From an uncultured Desulfosarcina sp. (GTDB lineage: Bacteria > Desulfobacterota > Desulfobacteria > Desulfobacterales > Desulfosarcinaceae): 64,000 nucleotides of DNA. The stretch is from contig CAXXWQ010000001.1 of the NCBI GenBank assembly GCA_963674945.2, positions 32,001-96,000 of the forward strand. Reading direction: 5' to 3'. Position 1 is the stretch's first letter. Every line of letters begins with the position of its first letter. Positions 32,252 to 41,867 of this stretch are shown one piece after another. Under the pieces are notes generated by a model. That model saw only the letters and a list, made by a program, of their open reading frames with translations. It was not told where the DNA came from and ran no database searches. Made by a program: the position numbers and the translations under genes.

Positions 32252-32409
32252 AGTGTTAAGGTTTAAGTGTAAAGTTGTAAGGGAAGGTAGAAAAGTCATT
32301 TTCAATAAGACATGAATGACAAATCTGCTATTCTCATCCTTCAGATGGATTCCTTTGTAAAACAGATAGCATTCAACAACTTAACACTTAACGCGTAAAA
32401 CTTAAAACT
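32252..32409. repeat. Long inverted repeat with 7-nt-period arms inside the ABC operon
   Basis: AGTGTTAAGGTTTAAGTGTAAAGTTG ... CAACTTAACACTTAACGCGTAAAACTTAAAACT. Confidence 0.65.
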
Positions 32410-32421
32410 ACGGGCTTCGAC

Positions 32422-33198
32422 ATGACTGAAGATAATGAATTTACAGCGAATAATCTGGAAACAAACGATGCCATTATCCAAATCGTCAAAATGCACAAGT
32501 GGTATGGAGATTTTCATGTGCTTCAGGACATCAATCTCGAAGTGAAGCGCCGGGAGCGGATCGTAATCTGCGGCCCCTCGGGATCGGGAAAATCGACCAT
32601 GATCCGCTGCATCAATCGGCTGGAAGAACATCAGCGGGGAGAAATCATCGTCGATGGTACGGAACTGACCAATGATTTGAAAAATATCGAGAAAATTCGT
32701 GCCGAGGTCGGCATGGTGTTCCAGCACTTCAACCTCTTTCCGCACTTGACCATTTTGGAGAATCTTACCCTCGGGCCAATTTGGGTTCGCAAGACACCAA
32801 AAAAAGAAGCCGAAGAAACGGCCATGCACTATCTGGAAAAGGTCCAGATTGCCGAACAGGCAAAGAAATACCCCGGTCAGCTATCCGGCGGCCAGCAACA
32901 GAGAGTGGCAATCGCCCGCAGTCTTTGCATGGCGCCGAAGGTGATGCTTTTCGATGAACCGACCAGTGCCCTCGATCCGGAGATGATCAAAGAGGTGCTG
33001 GATGTCATGATCGATCTGGCAAGGGAGGGGATGACCATGCTGGTGGTGACTCATGAGATGGGGTTTGCCAAAAGCGTGGCCCACCGGGTTCTGTTCATGG
33101 ATTACGGCAGCATCGTCGAAGAGAATACGCCATCGGAATTTTTCGACAATCCCCAACACGACCGCACGAAGCTTTTTCTGAGCCAGATTTTACATTAA
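32422..33198 (+). CDS. aapP: Amino acid ABC transporter ATP-binding protein (AapP/BztD type)
   Basis: [33 protein letters not shown]. Confidence 0.95.
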   Translation: MTEDNEFTANNLETNDAIIQIVKMHKWYGDFHVLQDINLEVKRRERIVICGPSGSGKSTMIRCINRLEEHQRGEIIVDGTELTNDLKNIEKIRAEVGMVFQHFNLFPHLTILENLTLGPIWVRKTPKKEAEETAMHYLEKVQIAEQAKKYPGQLSGGQQQRVAIARSLCMAPKVMLFDEPTSALDPEMIKEVLDVMIDLAREGMTMLVVTHEMGFAKSVAHRVLFMDYGSIVEENTPSEFFDNPQHDRTKLFLSQILH

Positions 33199-33321
33199 GC
33201 TTCATGGAACACCGGCGTACACCTTGATCGGTTGACTTCCATCGGGCAATATTGGTCACGGTCCACCCTCTTTCCATACAGATTGTTGACCTTGCATTCT
33301 CTTCTGGGATATATCGCCTTA

Positions 33322-33356
33322 GCGATAGGCGATAGGCGATAGGCGATAGGCGATAG
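33322..33356. repeat. Perfect tandem heptamer (GCGATAG)x5
   Basis: Five exact units, preceded by the reverse complement TATCGCCT at 33312-33319. Confidence 0.95.
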
Positions 33357-33380
33357 GATTTATAGCAGATCGTCAACCAA

Positions 33381-33497
33381 TGACGAAATTGTATAAACTA
33401 GAATTTCGGACGGCTTCGTAAAAAGCCCGAGATCAAGGATTGCGAGACCCGAGGGGTGAAGCGTAACGCAGATATCGGATTTTTTACGAAGCCGTCA
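33381..33497. repeat. Palindromic element, GACGG-TIR subfamily, copy A2 (reversed, apex deleted)
   Basis: GACGGCTTCGTAAAAAGCCCGAGATCAAGG...GAAGCGTAACGCAGATATCGGATTTTTTACGAAGCCGTCA. Confidence 0.88.
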
Positions 33498-33514
33498 ATT
33501 ATCGGATAGACACA

Positions 33515-34900
33515 ATGAAACCGATCATTGCCATCATCGGCAGACCCAACGTGGGCAAATCCACCCTGTTCAACCGCATTACGCGCTCGAAGGATGCCAT
33601 CGTGGATGATCTTCCCGGTGTGACCCGGGACCGCAACTTCAAGGATGCAAAGTGGAACGATACGGTATTCACCCTGGTGGATACCGGCGGATTCGCAAAA
33701 GGGGATGACGATGCCTTTGCGCCCCACATCCGTCAGCAGGTGCAGCAGGCCATTCGTGATGCAGATGCGGTGGTTCTCCTGCTCGATGGCAAGGGGGGGA
33801 TTTCGCCTTTCGACGCCGACCTGGTCCAGACATTGCGGACGGTGGACAAACCCGTGTTTTTTCTGGTCAACAAGATCGACGGCCAGGGTCAGGAGAAGGA
33901 ACTTTTCGAATTTTATGGATTGGGTATCGACACCCTGTTTCCCGTATCGGCGGAGCATGGTTACGGGGTGTCCGATTTTATGGATGCGCTGACCGATGCG
34001 TTCCCCGATGCAATTTTGGAAGAAGAGCCATCGGATGCCATTCGTATCGCGGTGGTGGGAAAACCCAACGCGGGAAAATCGTCGCTGATCAACAACATTT
34101 TGGGGGAGGAGCGGCTTGTTGTCAGCGATGTGGCCGGTACGACACGGGACGCCATCGACACCTCTTTTTCCCGCAACGACCAAAACTATGTACTGGTGGA
34201 TACGGCCGGAATCCGTCGTAAGGGGAAGGTCTCCTTGCGCCTGGAAAAATTTTCCATCATCAAGGCACTTCGCAGCCTGGAACGCTGCGACGTGGCACTG
34301 ATCGTCATCGATGCCGAACAAGGTGTAACCGATCAGGATGTCCGCGTCGCCGGTTACGCCCATGACCGAGGGTGCGGTGCAATTTTCCTGATCAACAAAT
34401 GGGACCTGGTGGACAACCGTGACGGCAAAGCCCTCAAAAAAGTTACGGAAGATCTGCGAATGCAGGCAAAGTTTCTCAGCTTTGCTCCCGTGATCACCGT
34501 TTCGGCAAAAACCGGGTTTCGGGTAACACGTATCTTTCCCCTGGTGGATGAGGTGTATGCCCAGTACTGCGCCCGGATTACCACCGGCCCGTTGAACAAG
34601 ACCATGGAATCGGCGCTGGCACGCAACGAACCCTCCTTGCACAGGGGGACACGTCTGAAATTCTACTACGCCACCCAGGTCTCCACCCGCCCTCCAACCT
34701 TCGTCAGCTTCGTTAATTTTCCCGAAGGCGTCCACTTTTCCTACCGACGGTATCTGGTCAACCAGATCCGTGAGGCGTTCGGTCTGGACAAAACCCCCTT
34801 GCGGCTTTTCTTGCGCCAGCGTACCGGGAAAAATCCTGATTTCCTAAACAAGAAGCGTACGCCGGTCAAGCCGAAGCGAAAACGGCGTGAGAGAAGATAA
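33515..34900 (+). CDS. der: Ribosome biogenesis GTPase Der
   Basis: Two GTPase domains ([27 protein letters not shown]) plus KH-like C-terminus. Confidence 0.98.
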   Translation: MKPIIAIIGRPNVGKSTLFNRITRSKDAIVDDLPGVTRDRNFKDAKWNDTVFTLVDTGGFAKGDDDAFAPHIRQQVQQAIRDADAVVLLLDGKGGISPFDADLVQTLRTVDKPVFFLVNKIDGQGQEKELFEFYGLGIDTLFPVSAEHGYGVSDFMDALTDAFPDAILEEEPSDAIRIAVVGKPNAGKSSLINNILGEERLVVSDVAGTTRDAIDTSFSRNDQNYVLVDTAGIRRKGKVSLRLEKFSIIKALRSLERCDVALIVIDAEQGVTDQDVRVAGYAHDRGCGAIFLINKWDLVDNRDGKALKKVTEDLRMQAKFLSFAPVITVSAKTGFRVTRIFPLVDEVYAQYCARITTGPLNKTMESALARNEPSLHRGTRLKFYYATQVSTRPPTFVSFVNFPEGVHFSYRRYLVNQIREAFGLDKTPLRLFLRQRTGKNPDFLNKKRTPVKPKRKRRERR

Positions 34901-34953
34901 AGTGCTTCCGTCATTCGCCGTGGTGACCATTGGACCGGCAGTTGAGATGATAT

Positions 34954-35106
34954 TGACGGCTTCGGAAAAAGTCCGATATTGACGTTACGCTTCATCCTTC
35001 GTCACTGCGACGAATCCCAAATACGCCTCATTCCGCAGGATTCGCAATCCTTGATCTCGGGCTTTTTCCGAAGCCGTCTGAACAGCGACTTTTTACGAGT
35101 TCATCA
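34954..35106. repeat. Palindromic element, GACGG-TIR subfamily, copy A3
   Basis: TGACGGCTTCGGAAAAAGTCCGATATT...GATCTCGGGCTTTTTCCGAAGCCGTC plus tail TGAACAGCGACTTTTTACGAGTTCATCA; colinear with 516-669. Confidence 0.9.
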
Positions 35107-35162
35107 TTATTTTCCATGCGATCGACTTTTTTTTCGTCGGTCGCTGGTATATATAGGCGGGC

Positions 35163-36521
35163 ATGGACCTTTTCGACCACCATGCCCAATCTGCCACTGA
35201 CCATCAGCGCCCCCTTGCCGAGCGTATGCGCCCCCGGCGGCTTGCGGATGTGTTCGGACAGGCCGACGTCACCGGCCCGGGCAGCCTCATCCGTCATGCC
35301 ATCGAAAACGATCGCATTTTTTCCATGATCCTGTGGGGGCCACCGGGATGCGGAAAAACCACCCTGGCGCGGATCATTGCCGGTGAGACCGAGTCCCATT
35401 ACATCCATTTCTCGGCGGTGCTGGCAGGCGTCAAACAGATCCGCGAAGTCATCGCGGAAGCCAAAAAACAGCGCCAGTTTCAGCGCAAGCGGACCGTCCT
35501 GTTCGTAGACGAGATTCACCGATTCAACAAGGCTCAGCAGGACGCATTTCTCCATCATGTGGAATCCGGTCTGATCACCCTGATCGGTGCCACGACCGAG
35601 AATCCTTCTTTTGAGGTGATTTCACCGCTGCTCTCCCGCTGCCGGGTGATCGTCCTCAATCTTTTACACGACGAGGCACTGGGGCAGGTAATCGATCGGG
35701 CGCTGGCAGACGAGCAGTCAGGCCTCGGCACCCTGTCCCTGGGGTTGTCCCAACAGGCCCGCGACCATCTCATCAAGATTTCCGCAGGAGACGCCCGCAG
35801 TGCCCTCAACAGCCTGGAGGTCGCGGCGACCCTGGCCTTGGCCGAACCATCCGCGGAAGTTCAGAAAGGGCGGACCATCACCCTTGCCCAAGTAGAAAAA
35901 GCCCTTCAGAAAAAGGCGCTGTTGTATGACAAACACGGTGAGGAACATTTCAATCTCATTTCGGCCTTTCACAAGAGTCTGCGCGGCAGTGACCCGGATG
36001 CGGCGTTGTACTGGCTGGCCCGAATGATAGAGGCTGGCGAAAATGCCCTGTACGTGGCCCGCCGCATGGTTCGCTTTGCCTCCGAGGACGTTGGCAATGC
36101 CGATCCTTTTGCCCTGCGCATTGCCCTGGGGGCCATGGAGTCTTTCCGCTTTCTGGGACACCCGGAGGGGGACCTGGCCCTGGCCCAGGCCGCGGTCTAT
36201 CTGGCCACGGCACCCAAGAGCAACAGTGTCTACACGGCATGGAATGCGGCGCGAAAGGCCGTGCGGGAAAAGGGCGCGCTGCCGGTTCCCCTGCATATTC
36301 GCAATGCACCCACCTCCCTGATGCGGGAGGTCGGCTATGGAAAGAATTATCGGTATGCTCACGACTACGAAGATGGGGTTGTCGTGCAGGATTATTTTCC
36401 GGAAGCCATTTCGGGTTATCGGTTTTATTACCCGACCCAAAGGGGGTACGAAAAGATGATCGAGAAGCGATTGAGACGATGGCAGGAGGTCAAACAATCA
36501 TCCCGAAGTCAAAAATCGTGA
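35163..36521 (+). CDS. rarA: Replication-associated recombination protein A (RarA/MgsA)
   Basis: PLAERMRP, WGPPGCGKTT, DEIHRFNKAQQD, ISAFHKSLRGSD, ASEDVGNAD. Confidence 0.97.
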   Translation: MDLFDHHAQSATDHQRPLAERMRPRRLADVFGQADVTGPGSLIRHAIENDRIFSMILWGPPGCGKTTLARIIAGETESHYIHFSAVLAGVKQIREVIAEAKKQRQFQRKRTVLFVDEIHRFNKAQQDAFLHHVESGLITLIGATTENPSFEVISPLLSRCRVIVLNLLHDEALGQVIDRALADEQSGLGTLSLGLSQQARDHLIKISAGDARSALNSLEVAATLALAEPSAEVQKGRTITLAQVEKALQKKALLYDKHGEEHFNLISAFHKSLRGSDPDAALYWLARMIEAGENALYVARRMVRFASEDVGNADPFALRIALGAMESFRFLGHPEGDLALAQAAVYLATAPKSNSVYTAWNAARKAVREKGALPVPLHIRNAPTSLMREVGYGKNYRYAHDYEDGVVVQDYFPEAISGYRFYYPTQRGYEKMIEKRLRRWQEVKQSSRSQKS

Positions 36522-36706
36522 GGTGGAAGGGCGATTCTTCTTTGCTGGTTGTCTTGTTTGGCCGCCGACCATTCTATGATGTTCATCCGACGATTCTTCC
36601 TACAGCCACCTTGTCATGGCGCGATGCGTTGTTATTTTAGAAACTCGACATCCAAGCTGACTGCCTCCGGGTAATTGCCCGGCTTTGTAATACAAAGGAG
36701 TGTTCG

Positions 36707-38134
36707 TTGAAAAACGCCAACCCGTTTTGGAAATTCTTTTGTTCCGTCAAGTTGACCTTCGTACTGTTGCTTTCCCTGGCATTCACCTCCATCATCGGTA
36801 CGGTCATCCCGCAAAATGAAAGCCCGGACCTGTATCTTCGGGCATACGGCGCCTTCGGCTATCAGTTTCTCGATGCATTGGGCATTTTCGACATGTACCA
36901 TTCCTGGTGGTTCAAGGCACTCTTGCTCTTGTTGACCATCAACATCGTCATCTGTTCCATCGATCGGCTGCAGAGCAGCTGGAAAATCATCTTCAATCGT
37001 CATCCCAATGTGAATCCAAAGCGATTTACGAAGCATCCGAGTGCGCGAACGTGGACGAAAAAACAATCCGTCGAGGACTTGCTCACCGCTTATGAGCCCA
37101 TTCTCGCCAAACGATACGGTCATTGCCGGGTCAACCGGAACGGCGGCTCGGCTTTCGTCTACGGGGAAAAGGGGCGACTTTCCCGATTGGGCGTCTATAT
37201 CGTTCACGCAAGCGTGATATTTCTTCTCGTGGGCGGCCTGGTGGGGTCTTTTTTCGGGTTCGAGGGGTACGTCAACATCCCGGAAGGGGAGGCCACGGAC
37301 CTCATCCGTATCCGCAATACCGGACAGATCCATCGTCTGGACTTTACCATTCGCTGCGATGATTTCAGTCTGACCCTTTATGAAACCGGCGCGCCAAAGG
37401 AGTATCGCTCGGCCCTTTCCATCATCGAGGGGGGCGAAACGGTGAAACAGAAGGATATTATCGTCAATGACCCATTGCACCACAGGGGAATCAATATCTT
37501 CCAATCCAGTTATGGCGAGGTCCCGCCCAGCCAGATGACCCGCCAACAAACCGTGGCCTCCGAACCGTCGGATACGTACACTCTCGTTTTCACCAGCCGC
37601 GCCTCCCAGATGCAGTATACGAAGACGGCCAGGGTAGGTGTCCCCATGGATATTCCGGAAGGATTGGGTACATTTGTCATCCAATCGTTTGAAGAAGACG
37701 CAACATTTCGAGGAATGGATGTGGGGGCATCGCTGAAGGGCGTTCTCACCCAACAGGATGCGCCCCCGGTGGAAGTTCTGCTTCCGTTGCAGTTTGCCAA
37801 TTTCGATAAGATGCGCGGCGGCGATGTGATCATCAGCCTGAATGATCCATCCGGGCAGGATACCACACCCCCGCCGAAGAATGACAAACGCTACTACACC
37901 GGCCTTCAAGTGACCCGTGACCCCGGCGTGGGAATCGTGTACGCGGGGTTTGTGCTGATGATATTAGGTTGCTTCGTTACCTTTTACCTGTCTCATCAGC
38001 AGGTTTGCATCGTGATCGAACCGATTCAGAACAGCAGTCGCGTAACCCTTGCCGGCACGTCCAATCGAGGTAAACTGGCCATGAACAATACACTTGAAAA
38101 AATTTTTTCCGCCATGACCGAAAAAGGAGTGTAA
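36707..38134 (+). CDS. resB: Cytochrome c biogenesis protein ResB/Ccs1 (system II)
   Basis: SIIGTVIPQ, YHSWWF, LGVYIVH, VNDPL, TGLQVTRDPG. Confidence 0.92.
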   Translation: MKNANPFWKFFCSVKLTFVLLLSLAFTSIIGTVIPQNESPDLYLRAYGAFGYQFLDALGIFDMYHSWWFKALLLLLTINIVICSIDRLQSSWKIIFNRHPNVNPKRFTKHPSARTWTKKQSVEDLLTAYEPILAKRYGHCRVNRNGGSAFVYGEKGRLSRLGVYIVHASVIFLLVGGLVGSFFGFEGYVNIPEGEATDLIRIRNTGQIHRLDFTIRCDDFSLTLYETGAPKEYRSALSIIEGGETVKQKDIIVNDPLHHRGINIFQSSYGEVPPSQMTRQQTVASEPSDTYTLVFTSRASQMQYTKTARVGVPMDIPEGLGTFVIQSFEEDATFRGMDVGASLKGVLTQQDAPPVEVLLPLQFANFDKMRGGDVIISLNDPSGQDTTPPPKNDKRYYTGLQVTRDPGVGIVYAGFVLMILGCFVTFYLSHQQVCIVIEPIQNSSRVTLAGTSNRGKLAMNNTLEKIFSAMTEKGV

Positions 38135-38136
38135 CC

Positions 38137-38982
38137 TTGCCCATGAGCAGTTCACAGCTTTTATCCATTTCGACCTTCGCCTTTGCGCTGGCCGCGTTTT
38201 TTTACGTGGCGGCATTAATTTTCAAAAGGTCGACGTTAACGCATCCGGCGCGTTGGACGGTGGTCGTCGCTGTCGCCGTGACCACGGCCGGGCTCGTTCT
38301 TCGCTGGATCGAATCCTATCAGATGGGGATCGGTCACGCACCCTTGTCCAACTTATACGAATCGCTGGTCTTTTTTGCCTGGACCGCGGGTGTGATTTAT
38401 CTGTATGTGGAGTTTGCGTACAAGAATGTCCTGATCGGCGCTTTTGTCACGCCCATCGCCTTTCTGGCCATGGCCTATGCCTCCTTGTCCCCCAATGTCA
38501 ATGATCGCATTCAGCCGCTGGTGCCGGCCCTTAAAAGCAACTGGCTGATCGCCCATGTGGTCACCTGTTTCTTCGGTTACGCCGCATTTGCCGTTGCGTT
38601 CGGAATGAGCATCATGTACCTGATCAAAGCCAGGGTACCGGAAAAAGAGGGAGGCATCATCGGGCATTTTCCCCGGTTGGATGTGCTCGATGAACTGACG
38701 CACCGGATGGTACTCTTTGGATTTCTCTTTCTCACCGTCGGTATCATTACCGGTTCGGTATGGGCCAATTCGGCTTGGGGCAGCTACTGGTCGTGGGATC
38801 CCAAGGAGACATGGTCCCTGATCAGCTGGTTTATCTATGCCTCCTTTCTTCATGCCCGTCTCATGCGGGGGTGGCAGGGAAAAAAGATCGCCTACCTTTC
38901 GCTCATCGGCTTTACGGCGGTGTTGTTTACTTACTTCGGCGTGAATCTGCTGCCTGGGCTTCACAGTTATGGAAAAGTATGA
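38137..38982 (+). CDS. ccsA: Cytochrome c biogenesis protein CcsA/ResC (WWD domain)
   Basis: PLSNLYES, PALKSNWLIAHV, WANSAWGSYWSWDPKETW, GLHSY. Confidence 0.96.
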   Translation: MPMSSSQLLSISTFAFALAAFFYVAALIFKRSTLTHPARWTVVVAVAVTTAGLVLRWIESYQMGIGHAPLSNLYESLVFFAWTAGVIYLYVEFAYKNVLIGAFVTPIAFLAMAYASLSPNVNDRIQPLVPALKSNWLIAHVVTCFFGYAAFAVAFGMSIMYLIKARVPEKEGGIIGHFPRLDVLDELTHRMVLFGFLFLTVGIITGSVWANSAWGSYWSWDPKETWSLISWFIYASFLHARLMRGWQGKKIAYLSLIGFTAVLFTYFGVNLLPGLHSYGKV

Positions 38983-39129
38983 CGCATCTATACAGAGACG
39001 GCATCTTGTGGTTCATGCCGGCGTTCTCCCACTTTTTCAATCCTCAACGTAGTATCCCCTACGCCTGCGGTTGAAAAAGTGCTGCGGCCTTGGCCTGAAC
39101 CACAATCTACCATCTCTGTACAGATGCGT
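38982..39129. repeat. Palindromic element, ACGCATCT-TIR subfamily, copy B2
   Basis: ACGCATCTATACAGAGA ... TCTCTGTACAGATGCGT ends; inner stem CACTTTTTCAA / TTGAAAAAGTG; core GGCGTT, TCCTC, GCCTGCGG, GCCTTG. Confidence 0.85.
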
Positions 39130-39154
39130 TTTGGTAGTGATGTAGTAAAAACAA

Positions 39155-39631
39155 ATGAAAGCTACATATACGATGAAGATTGAACTGGACGAATTGGACA
39201 AGGCTATACTCAACCGGATTCAGACACGTTTCCCCTTGGAGTCCAGGCCGTTTTTCGCCATTGCCCGGGAGCTGGGAACGACGGAGGATGAAGTGTTGAT
39301 GCGGGTTAACCGGTTGAAGGAGGATGGCATTATCCGACGAATCGGTGGCAATTTTGTTCCGGGAAAAGTTGGATTCGTGAGCACCCTTTGTGCGGCCCAG
39401 GTACCCGCGGCAAAGGTCGATCTGTTCGCAAAAACAGTCAATGGGTTTTCCGGCGTGACCCACAACTATCTTCGGGAAAATTCCTTTAACGTGTGGTTCA
39501 CCTTTATCGCACCGTCCATGGCAGTGATCCGTCAAAATCTGGCACGAATATCGGAAAAAACGGGTGTCAGACGGATTTTAAACCTGCCCGCCACACATGT
39601 TTTCAAGATCAAGGCGAAATTTGATCTGTAG
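39155..39631 (+). CDS. ahbA: Siroheme decarboxylase subunit alpha (AhbA/NirD-like, Lrp/AsnC fold)
   Basis: LNRIQTRFPLESRPF, GIIRRIG, STLCAA, VTHNYLRE..FNVWFT, FKIK; start may be 39173. Confidence 0.85.
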   Translation: MKATYTMKIELDELDKAILNRIQTRFPLESRPFFAIARELGTTEDEVLMRVNRLKEDGIIRRIGGNFVPGKVGFVSTLCAAQVPAAKVDLFAKTVNGFSGVTHNYLRENSFNVWFTFIAPSMAVIRQNLARISEKTGVRRILNLPATHVFKIKAKFDL

Positions 39632-39633
39632 CC

Positions 39634-40038
39634 CTATTTTCCTTCATCGAAGATGTTTTGAATCGTGCTGGACAGATCGGCAATCTGATAAGGCTTCTGA
39701 ATAACGGAAGTGGGAGGTGTCTCATCGAATTGGCACAGCACTTGATCGACGGATAGACCGCTTGCAATGATGATGGGTAGCCTCTGGTCCAGTTCCCGCA
39801 ATGCCTGGAAAGCGGCTTTCCCGTCCATACCGGGCATGGTCAGATCCAATACCACGCATCCGATGGACGCTTTGTGTTCGGAGAACTGATCAAGGGCTTC
39901 CTCTCCGCTCTCGGCGATAATGACGTCATGCCCTAGTCGTTCCAGGATGGCTTTACCCACCTCCAGTACCATTTTTTCATCGTCAACCAGAAGTACCCTG
40001 CGGCCTTGCATGTGATTGCCGCCCGATTCGGTAACCAT
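39634..40038 (-). CDS. Single-domain response regulator (REC)
   Basis: VLLVDDE, VVLDLTMPGMDG, IASG, IQKPY. Confidence 0.9.
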   Translation of the reverse strand: MVTESGGNHMQGRRVLLVDDEKMVLEVGKAILERLGHDVIIAESGEEALDQFSEHKASIGCVVLDLTMPGMDGKAAFQALRELDQRLPIIIASGLSVDQVLCQFDETPPTSVIQKPYQIADLSSTIQNIFDEGK

Positions 40039-40202
40039 TCACGTGACCTCGTTTTTCGTTGTCACACCCCAATACGGGGGGAAGCTGGTGAGAAATTGAC
40101 GAATGCAATTTCAACGATATTTGAAATACGTTCGTCGGGAATCATAATAGTGGAAAAAGTAAAGGATTTCAAATCCTAATTTTTTTATTTTATAAGGAGA
40201 TA

Positions 40203-41858
40203 CCTGTTTCCGTGGCACAAAACCTGATTAAAACACTATAACCAATTGATAAAACATATATATTATGGTAATATTAGGGCACTAAACGCTCACTTCGGAG
40301 GTGAAATCAATGCGGCGTCCGATCACCATAAAACACGAGATGGAAAAACTTGCCAGTCATAGCGGATTGATCAATATCGGCGCATTACTTGATGCGATAA
40401 ATTTCAGGTTCCGTTTCGAAAAGATCAACGGCGTCCATTGTGTAGACCCGAAAATTTCTCATGGTGACATTTTAGCTTCGATGATTGCTCTCATGAGTAT
40501 TGGTAAACCTGATTACGATGCGATCGAGATTTTTCGTGAGAAGCAAGAATTTTTCAACAAGGCCATTGGCAATCGTGCATGCCCGTCAAGCCCGACATTG
40601 CGTCAGCGAATCGATTTGATCGGCAACCAAGCCGATAAGCTGATTAAGGATGCAGGCGTTGATTTGGTTCGATCCTGCGCTCCGGCGATTTCACCCATCC
40701 AAACCAGTGCGGGTGATTTCCTTCCTTTGGATATGGATGTGAGTCCGTTTGACAACTCAAAGACTCAAAAGGAAGGCGTTTCCAGAACCTACAAAGGCAC
40801 GGATGGCTTCGCTCCGATCTTTGCCTACCTGGGCACCGAGGGGTATCTGGTGAATCTTGAGTTCAGAGAAGGAAAACAACACTGCCAGAAAAACACCCCC
40901 GAATTTATCAACGCCACCTTGGATTATGCCAGGCAAATTACCGATCAGCCTATTTTGATGAGGTTGGATTCAGGAAACGACAGTCAAGACAACTTTCCTG
41001 ACGATTCACGAAAGAATGTCCACTTTATCATCAAACGCAATTTGCGTAGAGAATCTGTTCAAAAGTGGGTTGATCTGGCAAAAAAATCCGGCAAGCAACA
41101 GCATTGCCGCTCAGGAAAATGTGTATGGATCGGAAAGACGATTGAAGACATCAACGGCAATCCATTGCGCTACCCAATCATCTTTGAGGTTACCGAAAGG
41201 CATACCAAAAAGGGCCAAGTACTGCTGTTCCCCGAGTATCAGATCGATACCTATTGGTGCAGCCTCGCACAGTTGCCACCGGATGAGGTGATTCGACTTT
41301 ATCACGATCACGGTACCAGCGAGCAGTTTCACTCCGAACTCAAATCCGACATGGGCCTGGAGCGCTTGCCGAGCGGTCATTTTTCCACCAATAGCTTGAT
41401 TCTTCATTTGGCGATGCTGACGTACAACATGCTACGGATTATCGGACAAATCAGCATCGAAGAGAGTGATCCGACTGAATTGCCCGGTATACGCCGGAAG
41501 AAAGTTACCCGGCGTCGAATCCGGACAGTCATGCAGGACTTGATGTATATGGCCGGTCGATTAGTAACCAGAAGTAGAAAATGGTACATATCCTTTGGCC
41601 AACTCAATCCATTTTCCAAACTGATGGATCGGATTTATCTTCGTCTGAATTTGCTTTCCGCTATGAAGTAGCTATAATTTTTAAAAGAACAATTTTACAG
41701 GCATTTGCTTGGTGATTTGCTATGGCTAAAGAATGAGAAACAGGAGCAAAATTCCTTCGAAATTTGAAAATAGTGAGAAAAATTATCAACAAATGATGGT
41801 GTGTGAGGCAATCGCCCCGCGCCAATCCTAACAGCAAAAATTAGGCCACTGATTCAGG
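40203..41858 (+). mobile_element. IS1380-family insertion sequence, apparently complete (1656 bp)
   Basis: Imperfect IRs CCTGTTTCCGTGGCACAA / reverse complement CCTGAATCAGTGGCCTAA; GAGATA direct repeat at 40197-40202 and 41859-41864. Confidence 0.88.
40301..41671 (+). CDS. IS1380-family DDE transposase
   Basis: PSSPTLRQR, LDMDVSPFDNS, YKGTDGFAP, RLDSG, YHDHGTSEQFHSELKSD, N.L.LHLAMLTYN. Confidence 0.92.
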   Translation: MKSMRRPITIKHEMEKLASHSGLINIGALLDAINFRFRFEKINGVHCVDPKISHGDILASMIALMSIGKPDYDAIEIFREKQEFFNKAIGNRACPSSPTLRQRIDLIGNQADKLIKDAGVDLVRSCAPAISPIQTSAGDFLPLDMDVSPFDNSKTQKEGVSRTYKGTDGFAPIFAYLGTEGYLVNLEFREGKQHCQKNTPEFINATLDYARQITDQPILMRLDSGNDSQDNFPDDSRKNVHFIIKRNLRRESVQKWVDLAKKSGKQQHCRSGKCVWIGKTIEDINGNPLRYPIIFEVTERHTKKGQVLLFPEYQIDTYWCSLAQLPPDEVIRLYHDHGTSEQFHSELKSDMGLERLPSGHFSTNSLILHLAMLTYNMLRIIGQISIEESDPTELPGIRRKKVTRRRIRTVMQDLMYMAGRLVTRSRKWYISFGQLNPFSKLMDRIYLRLNLLSAMK

Positions 41859-41867
41859 GAGATATCA

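Noticed and set aside
35028..35558. 176-aa minus-strand ORF ending DELVKSRCSDGFGKSPRSR (similar peptide in ORF 53620-54669)
   Set aside because: Antisense to rarA or yebC; the shared peptide is simply the translated repeat
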